From positions 1 to 64,000 of the IMG/VR virus record IMGVR_UViG_3300029220_000234: a DNA stretch of 64,000 nucleotides; one strand, given 5' to 3'. The stretch is from a virus. Below are positions 37,191 to 46,802 of this stretch, piece after piece. The notes below the pieces were generated by a model. It searched no databases, was not told the origin of the DNA, and saw only the letters and a list, made by a program, of their open reading frames with translations. A program made the translations under genes and the position numbers. Within the stretch, counting starts at the first letter, position 1, and every line of letters starts with the position of its first letter.

Positions 37191-37304
37191 AGCGGAACAC
37201 CAACGACAACAACCATCAAGGTTGTACAAGATTATGCGCTCATCCGCAAAATGCGGGTGGGCGTTCTTTTTTTGCAAAAAAACAAAAATAAAACATAGCA
37301 AAAA

Positions 37305-37398
37305 ACCTTGCACATCTGTGCGAATCGGATATAATAACCCTAATAAGATAAGAATTGTGCCCTGGCGGTTTCTGGATTGGATGCTGCCGGGGCTTTTT
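37305..37398 (+). promoter_or_regulatory. Phage-type promoter plus leader terminator hairpin ahead of the helicase gene
   Basis: CCTTGCACATCTGTGCGAATCGGATATAAT, then about 25 nt, then GCCCTGGCGG...CTGCCGGGGC plus TTTTTGTTTTT, then the RBS CAAGGAG. Confidence 0.55.
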
Positions 37399-37413
37399 GT
37401 TTTTCAAGGAGAT

Positions 37414-40140
37414 ATGGCTATGACACTGAACGACTTGTCAAGCGAACAGCAGAAGTTCGTACATTTGGCACTGTCGGGCAAGAACGTATTGTGTGACGCC
37501 TGCATTGGCAGCGGAAAAACATCTACCATCAATGTGCTCTGTGATGCGTACCCGCCAGAACGGCGTATTTTGTACTTGACCTATAACCGACTGCTCAAAC
37601 TGGATGCCAAAGACAAAATCAAGAATGGCAATGTCCTGGTTCAGAACTATCACGGATTTGCAAGCCTGCTGCTGAACAAGAAAGGAATCCGGAATTGTGG
37701 GCAGGGCGAGCAGCTTGCCATGGTACTAGAAAAGAAGATTCCGATTCCACCGATTGATACTCTTATCATTGACGAATATCAGGATATCAATGACGAGATT
37801 GCGGAACTGCTCAAATATATCCGCTCTCAGAACCCGGGCCTTCAAATCGTTGCTGTGGGCGATATGAAGCAAAAAATCTACGATGATACGGCACTGGATG
37901 TCTGGGAGTTCATGCAGGATTTCCTCGGCCGCCATGAACAGGTTGTTTTCACAAAATGTTTCCGTATTTCCCATGACTTGGCGGAACGGCTCGGCAATAT
38001 CTGGGGCAAGACCATCAACGGCGTAAATGGTTCCTGCATTGTGGAGCAGATGTCGGTCGATGAGGTGACGGAGTTCCTGAACAAGCAAAACCCGAAAGAT
38101 GTTTTGTGCCTGGGCGCTCGAATCGGGGCTATGACGAAGGTTCTCAATGACCTGGAAAATCGCCCCGGAAACCTTTACGACAAGCATCATGTCTATGCAA
38201 GTATCGCGGACAATGACGGAGACAAGGCGGTAGCACCTTCCTCAGATGTCGGCATCTTCACGACTTTTGACGGCAGCAAAGGTATGGAGCGACCTATCTG
38301 TGTCGTGTTCGATTTCACGGAAGAATACTGGTCGTCCCGCACAAACAAGCCGATGTCGCGATACGAGATTCTTCGAAATCTGTTTTGTGTTGCAGCAAGC
38401 CGAGGAAAACAGCGGATTATCTTCGTAAACTATGACCATCCGTTAAGCGATAAATCCCTGATGACTCCAACTGGGATGAATTGCGTGTTCCGGCATCCGT
38501 TTTCGTTCTCCGAGATGTTCGACCACAAATTCATCGAAGATGTGGATGCCTGCTATAAGCTGCTGGAAGTCACACCGATTGAGCACAACGACAATACGAC
38601 CATCGATGTGCAGGCAGCGGATGCCATGATTGACTTGTCTCCCTGCATCAGCATCTATATGCAGGCAGGGTTCTTCAACTCCTACGACATTGATGACGCA
38701 CTTGCATATTATATGGACCTGCATGATGATATGCAGTATTTGAAAATCAAGAAGGGGGCAACGGTCGAGGATAAGGTTCTGCTGCTCACGGCGCTTGAAA
38801 CGAATCAGTGCCGGTATGTAAAACAGGTCAAGCCTCCTTTTGTGAACGCAAAAGCCAAAATGTCGCTCAGTATGCGGCTTGGCACCGTGTTCACTCCCGA
38901 TGAGTATGTTCAGGCACGCGGAGATATCGACATCCATACTAATGACCATAAAGTAATTTATACTTCGGGCCTTGCGGATGTCGTAAAGAACAACACCGTC
39001 TACTGCATCAAGTTCATCAGCAGTCTGGCACACAAGCATTTTCTGCAGTGTGCGTGTTCTATGATTGCGCTGGGTCTTCCATATGGCGTTGTCTGGAACG
39101 TCAAAAGCAACCTGATGTACAGCGTAAAAATCAAGGATAAGGACGCTCTGATTGACGCAATCCTCAAGTGCATCACGAAACGAGCTTACAACGGCGCGGA
39201 TTATTACACCTGCCGAAAAGGCTTTGTACAGGATACGGCATCGATTATCGACCGCTGGACTGACGACGGATATGCGGAAGAACCCATCGCCATCACTTCC
39301 GGCGACGGTATCGCCATCATCAAGCAGGGAACTCGCTATTTTGTGATGGACGGGGCACGCCGAAACACTCTGAACGATAATTTAGGGCTTGGTTTTGCCG
39401 ATGTAAAAGATGCCTGTCTTGCATATGCAAAAAGCTGTGAACTACAGAAAGCCGTGGACCGTGATTCTCCTTATTCCGAAGTTGAGTTTTGGCTCGACCA
39501 GAACAAGGCATTTGAGGAATACATGACGCAGGCGAGCCATGAAATCGAACAGCACGAAGAAGGACCGTATGCCAAATACAAGTCTTTCGCTGCGCCTGTC
39601 GTCCGAAAGATGCTGGCGGAAAAGGGACTGACCATCACGTTCCCGGAAAAAGCCCTCATCAAGGTTTGGAAGATGCGCCGCGCCGAAGATGCCATGTATC
39701 AGAAAATCGAGGAAGCAAAGAAGCAGAACAATTCTAATGTACCGCTTGATGAAGCGTTCTTTGATTCTGAACTGGTGGATTCCGTCGAGGGAAATACCGA
39801 AAGCGCTAAGGCAAAAACCAAACCCAAAAAGGAATCGGCACTGCCGTTTTCCAAGTACGGTGCAGATGAAAAGAAGAGTTACCGTGTCGTGAAGAGTCCT
39901 GAACTTTCAAAGCCCAATCAGCCGCGCTATGTTGTGGTCGAGACGGCTACCGATAAGGTCCTGGACAACGCAAACGGATACGGATACCTCTCCTATCAGG
40001 CTGCCTGGAAAGGGTATTCGTACAAGAGCAAGCATCATCTGGATGGGGCAAAGAAGCCTATGAGCAAGAGCGCAAAAGAACGGGCTAAGAAAAAGGCAGC
40101 TTTCTTCTCGACCGATTCGGAACAGCTCAGTTTCGGCTGA
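37414..40140 (+). CDS. UvrD/PcrA-like SF1 DNA helicase with a roughly 350-aa C-terminal extension
   Basis: Walker A CIGSGKTST, DEYQD box, and TFDGSKGMERPICVV (motif V/VI-like). The ORF track extends further upstream in frame. The start is taken at the RBS-supported MAMTLND. Confidence 0.8.
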   Translation: MAMTLNDLSSEQQKFVHLALSGKNVLCDACIGSGKTSTINVLCDAYPPERRILYLTYNRLLKLDAKDKIKNGNVLVQNYHGFASLLLNKKGIRNCGQGEQLAMVLEKKIPIPPIDTLIIDEYQDINDEIAELLKYIRSQNPGLQIVAVGDMKQKIYDDTALDVWEFMQDFLGRHEQVVFTKCFRISHDLAERLGNIWGKTINGVNGSCIVEQMSVDEVTEFLNKQNPKDVLCLGARIGAMTKVLNDLENRPGNLYDKHHVYASIADNDGDKAVAPSSDVGIFTTFDGSKGMERPICVVFDFTEEYWSSRTNKPMSRYEILRNLFCVAASRGKQRIIFVNYDHPLSDKSLMTPTGMNCVFRHPFSFSEMFDHKFIEDVDACYKLLEVTPIEHNDNTTIDVQAADAMIDLSPCISIYMQAGFFNSYDIDDALAYYMDLHDDMQYLKIKKGATVEDKVLLLTALETNQCRYVKQVKPPFVNAKAKMSLSMRLGTVFTPDEYVQARGDIDIHTNDHKVIYTSGLADVVKNNTVYCIKFISSLAHKHFLQCACSMIALGLPYGVVWNVKSNLMYSVKIKDKDALIDAILKCITKRAYNGADYYTCRKGFVQDTASIIDRWTDDGYAEEPIAITSGDGIAIIKQGTRYFVMDGARRNTLNDNLGLGFADVKDACLAYAKSCELQKAVDRDSPYSEVEFWLDQNKAFEEYMTQASHEIEQHEEGPYAKYKSFAAPVVRKMLAEKGLTITFPEKALIKVWKMRRAEDAMYQKIEEAKKQNNSNVPLDEAFFDSELVDSVEGNTESAKAKTKPKKESALPFSKYGADEKKSYRVVKSPELSKPNQPRYVVVETATDKVLDNANGYGYLSYQAAWKGYSYKSKHHLDGAKKPMSKSAKERAKKKAAFFSTDSEQLSFG

Positions 40141-40294
40141 TTATTACTGCCGATGAGAGGAGGTGTATCAAGCGCAGCTTCAGGACGTTGCACGTTGTTT
40201 TCCAACACAAATAAAATCACAAATCGGAAAATCCTTCTGAATATCACATAACAAATATCAGACATATGCCCACATAGGCAGAAAGGAATTACAG

Positions 40295-41161
40295 ATGGGA
40301 CGCTATAATTTTAATCAGAGGACTCGGGACGGCTACGAAATCTCGCCCGAACAGGCGGCAAGATGGCTTGAAAGAAACGACAATAATCGAAACGTCAACG
40401 TCGCTAAAGTCAAAAAGATGGCAAAGGACATGAGAGAAGGGCATTGGGATACAACGCATCAGGGTATTGCCATCGCCTCCGATGGTACGCTGGTCGATGG
40501 ACAGCACCGGCTGCTTGCTATCGTTGAATCCGGTGTGACCGTGCGTATGAACGTGACCTTTAATGCCGCCAAGTCTCAGCACATCGATTCCGGAAACATC
40601 CGCTCCATGGCAAATCGCGTGCAGATGTCTGAGTACGATATGAGCTGGACAAACAATACGATTCTCTCCGCAGCAAATCTCATTGGCCGCGTATTCACGG
40701 GTTCCAACCTCAGTCACGAGGAAGCCTTGAGTGAATGGCTGATGAAATACCGCACGCAAATCGAATCTGCCACCAAATGCATCAAGAAGGCTACGCTGCC
40801 GGGACTCAATTCTGCAGGCACAACAGCCGCTATCATTGTAGCCGCCATGAACGATGTCCCCGCCATCTACATTGAGAAATTCATGGACGTGTTCTATTCT
40901 GGATTCACCAACAACGAAGCCGAGCATTATGCTATCACGCTGCGGGACGAACTGCTGCGCGAAAACCGTGTCAAGCGCGGCACACAGTATGCAAGGTTTG
41001 CCTTTTTCCGTACTGCCAATCGCCTGAACCAGTATTACAAGACTGCCACCGGGCAGCGGGTTGCCAAGCGTGTCAACAATGGGGATTTTCCGTACAACGT
41101 CTATGACGCAAACGGCGGAATCGTAAAGCCCGAAACCAAGAAAACCAAGAAGGCTGTGTAA
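40295..41161 (+). CDS. ParB-like nuclease domain protein
   Basis: LVDGQHRLLAI is the ParB/Srx-fold motif. RBS AGAAAGGAATTACAG-ATG. Confidence 0.7.
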   Translation: MGRYNFNQRTRDGYEISPEQAARWLERNDNNRNVNVAKVKKMAKDMREGHWDTTHQGIAIASDGTLVDGQHRLLAIVESGVTVRMNVTFNAAKSQHIDSGNIRSMANRVQMSEYDMSWTNNTILSAANLIGRVFTGSNLSHEEALSEWLMKYRTQIESATKCIKKATLPGLNSAGTTAAIIVAAMNDVPAIYIEKFMDVFYSGFTNNEAEHYAITLRDELLRENRVKRGTQYARFAFFRTANRLNQYYKTATGQRVAKRVNNGDFPYNVYDANGGIVKPETKKTKKAV

Positions 41162-41271
41162 TTTCAAAATGGCTTGAATCTTTGAGGTTGTATATATGTT
41201 GCAAAGTTCAGATACAACCCCAAAAATTCCGATAAATCGCATAAAAGATTGTTGCAAGGAGGACAAAAACC

Positions 41272-41547
41272 ATGAATAAGTTTGAAGCAAGGAGCACGCT
41301 GGGGAGCGAGGCTGTCCCGGTTTTCGACGATGACGGTGAGCTCACAGAATGGCTGCACCGGGACAACTATACTGTCGAGGAATTGGAACTGATGAACTTT
41401 GTCGGCAATGAAAAGCCCGTCATCAAAAAGGACGGTGTGAAAATCATCCGGGATGGCACGGTCATTCGGAGAACCAACACTGAAACAAGAAAAACTGAAT
41501 TTCTGTTCATTCCGCGCATTGTCGTCGATGAGCAGAAAACCGTGTGA
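41272..41547 (+). CDS. Hypothetical protein
   Basis: RBS CAAGGAGGACAAAAACC-ATG. Confidence 0.4.
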   Translation: MNKFEARSTLGSEAVPVFDDDGELTEWLHRDNYTVEELELMNFVGNEKPVIKKDGVKIIRDGTVIRRTNTETRKTEFLFIPRIVVDEQKTV

Positions 41548-41837
41548 GGTGCAGCGTGGTAAAAATTTACGGGTCGAGTGATGACCTTGTCTGCCTGGAT
41601 AATTCCAACTATGGGGTCGATGAAATTGGTTGCTTCGATGTCAAGGGAGTTCGGCTATTTCTGGACGACGACACCATTTTGGTAGTGCGCTATACGAACG
41701 GTATCTGGCGCATCGAAATCGAGCGAAAAGGCACGGCACCGTATCAACGCACGGTTTGTCCTGGCGATGATGAGGACGATTATAGCGATGTGTTTTGTAC
41801 GGAGTCCGATATCATCGCACATGAAATCATTCGATAA
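41544..41837 (+). CDS. Hypothetical protein
   Basis: GTG start overlapping the upstream stop (GTGA). Confidence 0.35.
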   Translation: MRCSVVKIYGSSDDLVCLDNSNYGVDEIGCFDVKGVRLFLDDDTILVVRYTNGIWRIEIERKGTAPYQRTVCPGDDEDDYSDVFCTESDIIAHEIIR

Positions 41838-41851
41838 GGATTGGAGTAGCC

Positions 41852-42517
41852 ATGGCAAAAACTCTTCTGACTCAAAAAATAGAATCAGCGCTAAAGGTTT
41901 GGCATCCTGCCAACTATGGTGGATACCGGGTTGATTCGTTCCGTCAAGGCTTCGACGCTCTGGAAGTACCTGTCGAGTGTGGCTCGATAAAATCCGGCCT
42001 TGTTGACTTCGTTCGGGTTCAAGAGTGCTTCACATCAGAAACAAAATGTGGGACCTGCAAGCTGTCGATGTACAAAGACGAAGACAAAGACTTAGTTATG
42101 CCGTCCATCCAACAATGGACGCAGGAAGTGTCATGCCCTAAAGACATCTCCAGCTGGAATTTTCGAAACGAACCCTGCACGGAACGGTTCTGCAGGCTGT
42201 ACAAAACGAAACATACATACACCATCGACACTGTCATCACCTGTGTGGAAATCAAAGTTTCGGTAGGGGATTTTCATTCTGACCACGGCCACAACTTTGT
42301 AGGGCACTGCAACTACTACGCAATGCCGTTAGCGTTGTATAAGAAAGTGAAAGACGAGATTCCTGACGGCATAGGCGTTTTGATTCATTATGACGGCGAA
42401 AACGCCTGCGGAATTCGCAAGAAAGTGGAGTGCAAGCCTCATCAGCTTTCAGAAGAAAGCCAAAAATGGCTCATCATGTCGGTTGCGAAACGGCTTGCAA
42501 AAGCAAGTGGAAGTTGA
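41852..42517 (+). CDS. Hypothetical Cys-rich protein, possibly a PD-(D/E)xK-like nuclease
   Basis: RBS AAGGATTGGAGTAGCC-ATG. The segment YTIDTVITCVEIKVS resembles a D..E.K motif. Weak. Confidence 0.4.
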   Translation: MAKTLLTQKIESALKVWHPANYGGYRVDSFRQGFDALEVPVECGSIKSGLVDFVRVQECFTSETKCGTCKLSMYKDEDKDLVMPSIQQWTQEVSCPKDISSWNFRNEPCTERFCRLYKTKHTYTIDTVITCVEIKVSVGDFHSDHGHNFVGHCNYYAMPLALYKKVKDEIPDGIGVLIHYDGENACGIRKKVECKPHQLSEESQKWLIMSVAKRLAKASGS

Positions 42518-42547
42518 GCATTTCTTAATTTGAAAAAGGAGAAAGTA

Positions 42548-42664
42548 ATGAGAAAGTTTCTAAAGTTAATTGTTATCGCATTTTTGGCAGGATTCGCTAT
42601 TTTCTGGTATGCAGAAACCCGAAAGCGCCGAACACTGATTCCGCTTGAATTCCGAGGCGAATGA
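42548..42664 (+). CDS. 38-aa single-TM peptide
   Basis: RBS AAAAAGGAGAAAGTA-ATG. MRKFLKLIVIAFLAGFAIFWY... Confidence 0.3.
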   Translation: MRKFLKLIVIAFLAGFAIFWYAETRKRRTLIPLEFRGE

Positions 42665-42665
42665 A

Positions 42666-42878
42666 ATGCGGCAAAACATTAAAATTCTACTGGAAACCAT
42701 CTGGTATCTGGTTCTGCCGGTGTTTATTTTTGTACTTAACATTAGATACTGGCATGGATATCTTGCGAATCCTGGCTGGTCCTTGACCCATCCGTCATAT
42801 GTTGTTCTTGGATTTGTCTTGAGCGCTGCGTTGTGCTTTGAGATTGTATATATCGACATCAAGTTTGGGGAAAAATAG
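42666..42878 (+). CDS. Small two-TM membrane protein (holin-like)
   Basis: MRQNIKILLETIWYLVLPVFIFVL...VVLGFVLSAALCFEIVYI. Confidence 0.4.
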   Translation: MRQNIKILLETIWYLVLPVFIFVLNIRYWHGYLANPGWSLTHPSYVVLGFVLSAALCFEIVYIDIKFGEK

Positions 42879-42964
42879 CGCTTGCTATATTATTCGATTT
42901 CGGTAAAATATAAAATGTAAACAGATACTAAGAACCAGTAGGATTCACAATCTGTATGTTTAGC

Positions 42965-43003
42965 GGACTTATCCCATCGTGGGGTAGGTCCGCTTTTTTT
43001 GTT
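42965..43003 (+). terminator. Intrinsic terminator directly before the MBL lipoprotein RBS
   Basis: GCGGACTTATCCCATCGTGGGGTAGGTCCGC followed by TTTTTTTG. Confidence 0.5.
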
Positions 43004-43019
43004 GAAAGGAGAAGAATTC

Positions 43020-44180
43020 ATGAAAATCAAAAACAAGCTTTTACGGAGTACAGCGGCAATCATCGCTGCACTCTTTGCACTCAGCTTCACCGGCTGCGGT
43101 CAGAGTCCGATAACCTCGGAAAGTCCATCCAGCACCGGGGTCGTCTCAGAAAGCACTGCAAGCAGTGAACAGACGGCTGGCGGTTCGGTGGACGGCAGCT
43201 TTACTATTCACTTTTTAGACGTAGGACAGGCGGATTCAGCTCTTATCACCTGCGACGGCCACTCAATGCTGATTGATGGCGGCAATGTAGATGATTCTAA
43301 CCTCTTATATTCTGTCATGCAGCGTGAAACCGATGGGCACCTGGATTATGTCGTTGGGACTCACGCGCACGAAGACCACATCGGCGGCTTGTCTGGTGCT
43401 TTTGAAGCCGTTACTGCGGACATGACTCTATGCCCTGTGACAGAATACGACAGCAAAGCATTTCGGAACTTTGCAAGCTACGCGGAACAAAAAGGCGGAG
43501 GCATCACGATACCGGATGTGGGTGAAACCTACACTCTGGGGGAAGCGAAATTCACGATAGTTGGTGTTAATTCTGTTCCCGATGATACGAACAATGCATC
43601 GATTGTTCTGCGCATCGTTTATGGGAATACTTCGTTCCTCTTTACTGGTGATGCTGAACAGGAAGCCGAAAATGTGATACTTGCATCGGGACAAGACATT
43701 CAGTCAACGGTTCTGAAAGTAGGTCATCACGGTTCAAGCACATCTACCTCAGAGGCTTTTCTGGACGCAGTGAATCCGACCTATGCTGTGATTTCCTGTG
43801 GAGCAGGGAACAGCTATGGCCATCCGCATCAGGAAACACTCGACAAGCTGCAAAACAAAGGTGTTGAGGTTTATCGTACAGACCTGCTGGGCGATATCTA
43901 TTGTACATCGGATGGCAAAGAGGTAAGTTTCACTACCGGAGAATATCATGATGAGAATCGGATTGAAGCCGGTTCTGCTGCAGAGTCCAATGATGAACAA
44001 AACAGCAGACCTCTTGTAATAGACAAAACATACGTTCTGAACACAAGTACCATGAAGTTTCACAGGCCCGATTGTTCTGCAGTCGAATCGATGAGCCAGA
44101 AGAATAGAATCGACTATATGGGTTCACGTGACGAGCTCATCCAGGAAGGGTATTCGGCGTGCGGGATTTGCAAACCATAA
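43020..44180 (+). CDS. Secreted metallo-beta-lactamase-fold (ComEC/Rec2-C-terminal-like) lipoprotein with a C-terminal Zn-finger motif
   Basis: MKIKNKLL...ALSFTGC lipobox. IHFLDVGQADSALI...GTHAHEDHIGG...TGDAE...VGHHGS motifs. C-terminal MKFHRPDC...CGIC. Confidence 0.75.
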   Translation: MKIKNKLLRSTAAIIAALFALSFTGCGQSPITSESPSSTGVVSESTASSEQTAGGSVDGSFTIHFLDVGQADSALITCDGHSMLIDGGNVDDSNLLYSVMQRETDGHLDYVVGTHAHEDHIGGLSGAFEAVTADMTLCPVTEYDSKAFRNFASYAEQKGGGITIPDVGETYTLGEAKFTIVGVNSVPDDTNNASIVLRIVYGNTSFLFTGDAEQEAENVILASGQDIQSTVLKVGHHGSSTSTSEAFLDAVNPTYAVISCGAGNSYGHPHQETLDKLQNKGVEVYRTDLLGDIYCTSDGKEVSFTTGEYHDENRIEAGSAAESNDEQNSRPLVIDKTYVLNTSTMKFHRPDCSAVESMSQKNRIDYMGSRDELIQEGYSACGICKP

Positions 44181-44194
44181 AAATTGCACCTGAT

Positions 44195-44340
44195 TTACTC
44201 GACAAGCTGTGCGAACTGACTACAATAAAAAATGTACGATAGATAACAAACATCGAAAAAGGCATTCTGCCTTTCGTACAATTCACAATTCTGCAGACAT
44301 AAGGCAGACTCACCGTCTTGGTGGGCCTGCCTTTTTTGTT
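44195..44340 (+). promoter_or_regulatory. Promoter-leader-terminator module A
   Basis: GTGCGAA(44209), TACAATAA(44221), GTACGATAGATA(44234), TCGTACAATTCACAATTCTGC(44274), hairpin AGGCAGACTCACCGTCTTGGTGGGCCTGCCT plus TTTTTTG, then the RBS. Confidence 0.6.
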
Positions 44341-44370
44341 TGCGCAACTATAAAAAAGGAGTATAACGCA

Positions 44371-45111
44371 ATGTTCAAAATTCACAATGACAAAGTCTAT
44401 TTCGTCGCCGAGACCCCCGATATCAACAAAGTTATCGAAATCTTCCTACCCAAGGATGGCCATGGCACCATTATGAATTCACACGAAATTCGTGTGGACC
44501 TGTGCCGTGCCGTCATTCACATGGAGAAGAAGGGTATCCGTGTCTTGAAGGTCCGCAACATTGAGGATACCAACAAGGCAAACATCGACGTCTGGCACAT
44601 GCCGGAATATCAGGAGGCTGCAGAGTCTCCCACGAGCGATGTGGTCGATGCCTGCATCGAGTCCAACTTTGATTCCGGCGCAACGTTCAACCTGCCCTGC
44701 AAAGCAAACCGCAAGACTCGCGAAGTCTTCGACATTGAGTGCGGCGCTTGCCCTAATGACGATGACACGTTCAGCTATGCAGAGGTTAAAGTTAATGGAT
44801 GGCACTATCCGGTCAACAACATCACCGACATTATGGAGGAAAACGATGTTGACAGTGCGTTGGATGAGCTCTACCGCATCCAGCAGAAAGGCGAGTATTG
44901 GGAAGCATACGAGGGCAAATCGCTCACGGATGCCATCCACGAATTCCGCTGGGCTATCCTGAAGGATGCCATTCAGAAGCGCGGACATGAGGCTGTTGCT
45001 GATTTTGTCGGAACCGACATTTCCAGTGACGCTTATGACCGCGTGATGGACGAAACCGAAACCCAGATGCCGAACGAAGAATTCGAGCGCTTCTGGGAAA
45101 AGTACATCTAA
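44371..45111 (+). CDS. Hypothetical protein
   Basis: RBS AAAAAGGAGTATAACGCA-ATG. The ORF-track N-terminus is translated module A. Confidence 0.5.
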   Translation: MFKIHNDKVYFVAETPDINKVIEIFLPKDGHGTIMNSHEIRVDLCRAVIHMEKKGIRVLKVRNIEDTNKANIDVWHMPEYQEAAESPTSDVVDACIESNFDSGATFNLPCKANRKTREVFDIECGACPNDDDTFSYAEVKVNGWHYPVNNITDIMEENDVDSALDELYRIQQKGEYWEAYEGKSLTDAIHEFRWAILKDAIQKRGHEAVADFVGTDISSDAYDRVMDETETQMPNEEFERFWEKYI

Positions 45112-45146
45112 GAAACATCTCACACACAGAAAGGGAGCATATTACT

Positions 45147-45473
45147 ATGGCTATTTTCAACACCAACGATTTCCTTCGCAAAACCTTCAGCAAGACCATT
45201 TTTGGTACTGCTGCACTTCGTCCGGAAGCGGTTTGTGCAGACGGCTTCACCCTGTCTATTCAGGCAAGCAGCATGCACTACTGTATACCGAGTGAGGACC
45301 TGTCGGACGGCGATTACTCTAAGGTCGAACTCAGCTACTTGTCTGAGGAGGTCGAAGAGTTTCTGCCGTTTGCTGAAGACGACGAGGCTCCGCTGGCTAC
45401 GGTCTACGGGTATGTGCCTGTAGAAATCGTGGATGCGGTTCTTGCCAAGCACGGCGGCATCGTCAACGTTTAA
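45147..45473 (+). CDS. Hypothetical protein, paralog of 4863..5213
   Basis: Shared motif AVCADGFTLSIQASSMHYC ... VPVEIVDAVLAKHGGI. Confidence 0.5.
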   Translation: MAIFNTNDFLRKTFSKTIFGTAALRPEAVCADGFTLSIQASSMHYCIPSEDLSDGDYSKVELSYLSEEVEEFLPFAEDDEAPLATVYGYVPVEIVDAVLAKHGGIVNV

Positions 45474-45488
45474 GAAGGAGGGATACCA

Positions 45489-45830
45489 ATGTTAAAGACT
45501 TTTACTGTCGTTGCCAATGAAGTTATTGGCTTATCCGCAACGGAATGCACGCTGATGCAGTTCAACTACAATCCGGAACAGATTCATGACCCCGAAACCG
45601 TTCTGCGCAGTGCCGTTAAGGACTATCTCCTGACGGATGAAGGCAAGCGTCAGTTGGAACTCAACTGTGGCTGCTGGAACTGGGGCGATGTCGATGACAT
45701 TCCCGACTCGTTCTTTTTGAACTATGGCCTAGCTAAAGTTGCTCCGCTTGATGTGGATATTGTCGTTGACCGCAACGAAAGCTTTACGGATGGCTGCGAC
45801 GAGGACGAGGAGGAGTTATGCAATGAGTAA
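45489..45830 (+). CDS. Hypothetical acidic protein
   Basis: RBS AAGGAGGGATACCA-ATG. Confidence 0.45.
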   Translation: MLKTFTVVANEVIGLSATECTLMQFNYNPEQIHDPETVLRSAVKDYLLTDEGKRQLELNCGCWNWGDVDDIPDSFFLNYGLAKVAPLDVDIVVDRNESFTDGCDEDEEELCNE

Positions 45831-45987
45831 GTTGTACATTAACGGCGAAGTTGTGCAAAACGCTATTGGCTGGCGCTTGACCGCAGTTCCCGAACTGGGT
45901 TGGGCTATTTTGCTGAGTGATGGCACGCAGAGCTTTATCCCGAAAACAGAAATCAAATTCATGTACGTTGAAAAGGGAGATGAATAA
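45823..45987 (+). CDS. Small hypothetical protein
   Basis: ATG overlapping the upstream stop. 54 aa. Confidence 0.35.
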   Translation: MSKLYINGEVVQNAIGWRLTAVPELGWAILLSDGTQSFIPKTEIKFMYVEKGDE

Positions 45988-45988
45988 C

Positions 45989-46729
45989 ATGCGCATTTGT
46001 AGTGTAAGCAATGTGGTCATAGAAATCACGCGCCGGTGCAATATGTGTTGTGCGCACTGCCTGCGCGGAGATGCCGAAAATGTCGATATTCAGGAAAGAT
46101 ACATAGATGCTTTTCTTGACAGCTTTGAGAAAGGCGCTTGTATCAGCTATATCGTTTTCAGCGGTGGAGAGATTTCTCTGAATATCCCGGCAATTCGGTA
46201 TATTCTGAAAGCCGTTAAAGAGCGAAACATCTCGGTTGGCAGCTTCTATATGGTCACCAATGGCAAGGCTGTCGATAAGATGGCGGACCTTGCTTTGGCG
46301 AGTCTTGAATGGTGGAACTACTGTTGCGACAAAGACGACGACATGTGCGGTCTTTGTATCAGCAGCGACAACTTCCACGAGAAAATCCCGCATGAAAGCG
46401 AAGGCTTCTTTAGTGGCTTGAAATACAGCCACGACGATAAGGTGACGGACTTTCGCTTTCATCCCCTTATCAACGAAGGCCGCGCCGAAACCATCAATTC
46501 GAGTCTCTACAGAAAATGCGAACCATGCGTGGAGAAGCTCGAATACGAAATCAATGGAGATGACGGTATCGATTTCTGGTGCAGCGAGATGTACCTGAAC
46601 GCTGTTGGTGATGTTGTCTCCGGCTGTAACTGGTCTTATGAGTCTCAGAAAAAGTACCGTATCGGGAACGTGATGGACAAAAACTGGCTGGATAATATCT
46701 CCGACAGCGAATGGTGCATTGCGAACTAA
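45989..46729 (+). CDS. Radical SAM domain protein
   Basis: CNMCCAHC is a CxxxCxxC [4Fe-4S] motif near the N-terminus. VFSGGEISL is a GGE SAM-binding motif. The Cys-rich C-terminus is SPASM-like. RBS AAAAGGGAGATGAATAAC-ATG. Confidence 0.65.
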   Translation: MRICSVSNVVIEITRRCNMCCAHCLRGDAENVDIQERYIDAFLDSFEKGACISYIVFSGGEISLNIPAIRYILKAVKERNISVGSFYMVTNGKAVDKMADLALASLEWWNYCCDKDDDMCGLCISSDNFHEKIPHESEGFFSGLKYSHDDKVTDFRFHPLINEGRAETINSSLYRKCEPCVEKLEYEINGDDGIDFWCSEMYLNAVGDVVSGCNWSYESQKKYRIGNVMDKNWLDNISDSEWCIAN

Positions 46730-46747
46730 AAAATATCATCAACAAAT

Positions 46748-46790
46748 AGCCACCGCCTCCTTAACGGGAACGGTGGCCTTTTTTCAAAAA
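46748..46790 (+). terminator. Intrinsic terminator directly before the next RBS
   Basis: GCCACCGCCTCCTTAACGGGAACGGTGGC followed by CTTTTTTC. Confidence 0.5.
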
Positions 46791-46802
46791 GGAGACCAAA
46801 AA

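Noticed and set aside
36847-37413. Upstream in-frame extension making a 1097-aa helicase ORF
   Set aside because: The extension overlaps the end of the nucleotidyltransferase gene and runs through the promoter, leader hairpin and terminator. The RBS-supported ATG at 37414 is the real start.
40289-41290. 333-aa minus-strand ORF
   Set aside because: Antisense to the ParB-like gene, which has the DGQHR motif and an RBS.
44209-44370. N-terminal ORF extensions (MRTDYNKKC..., and MRTTYNK... at 5214-5360) that look like a conserved peptide
   Set aside because: They are translations of the conserved promoter/leader module DNA in one frame. The real starts follow the RBS downstream of the terminator hairpin.
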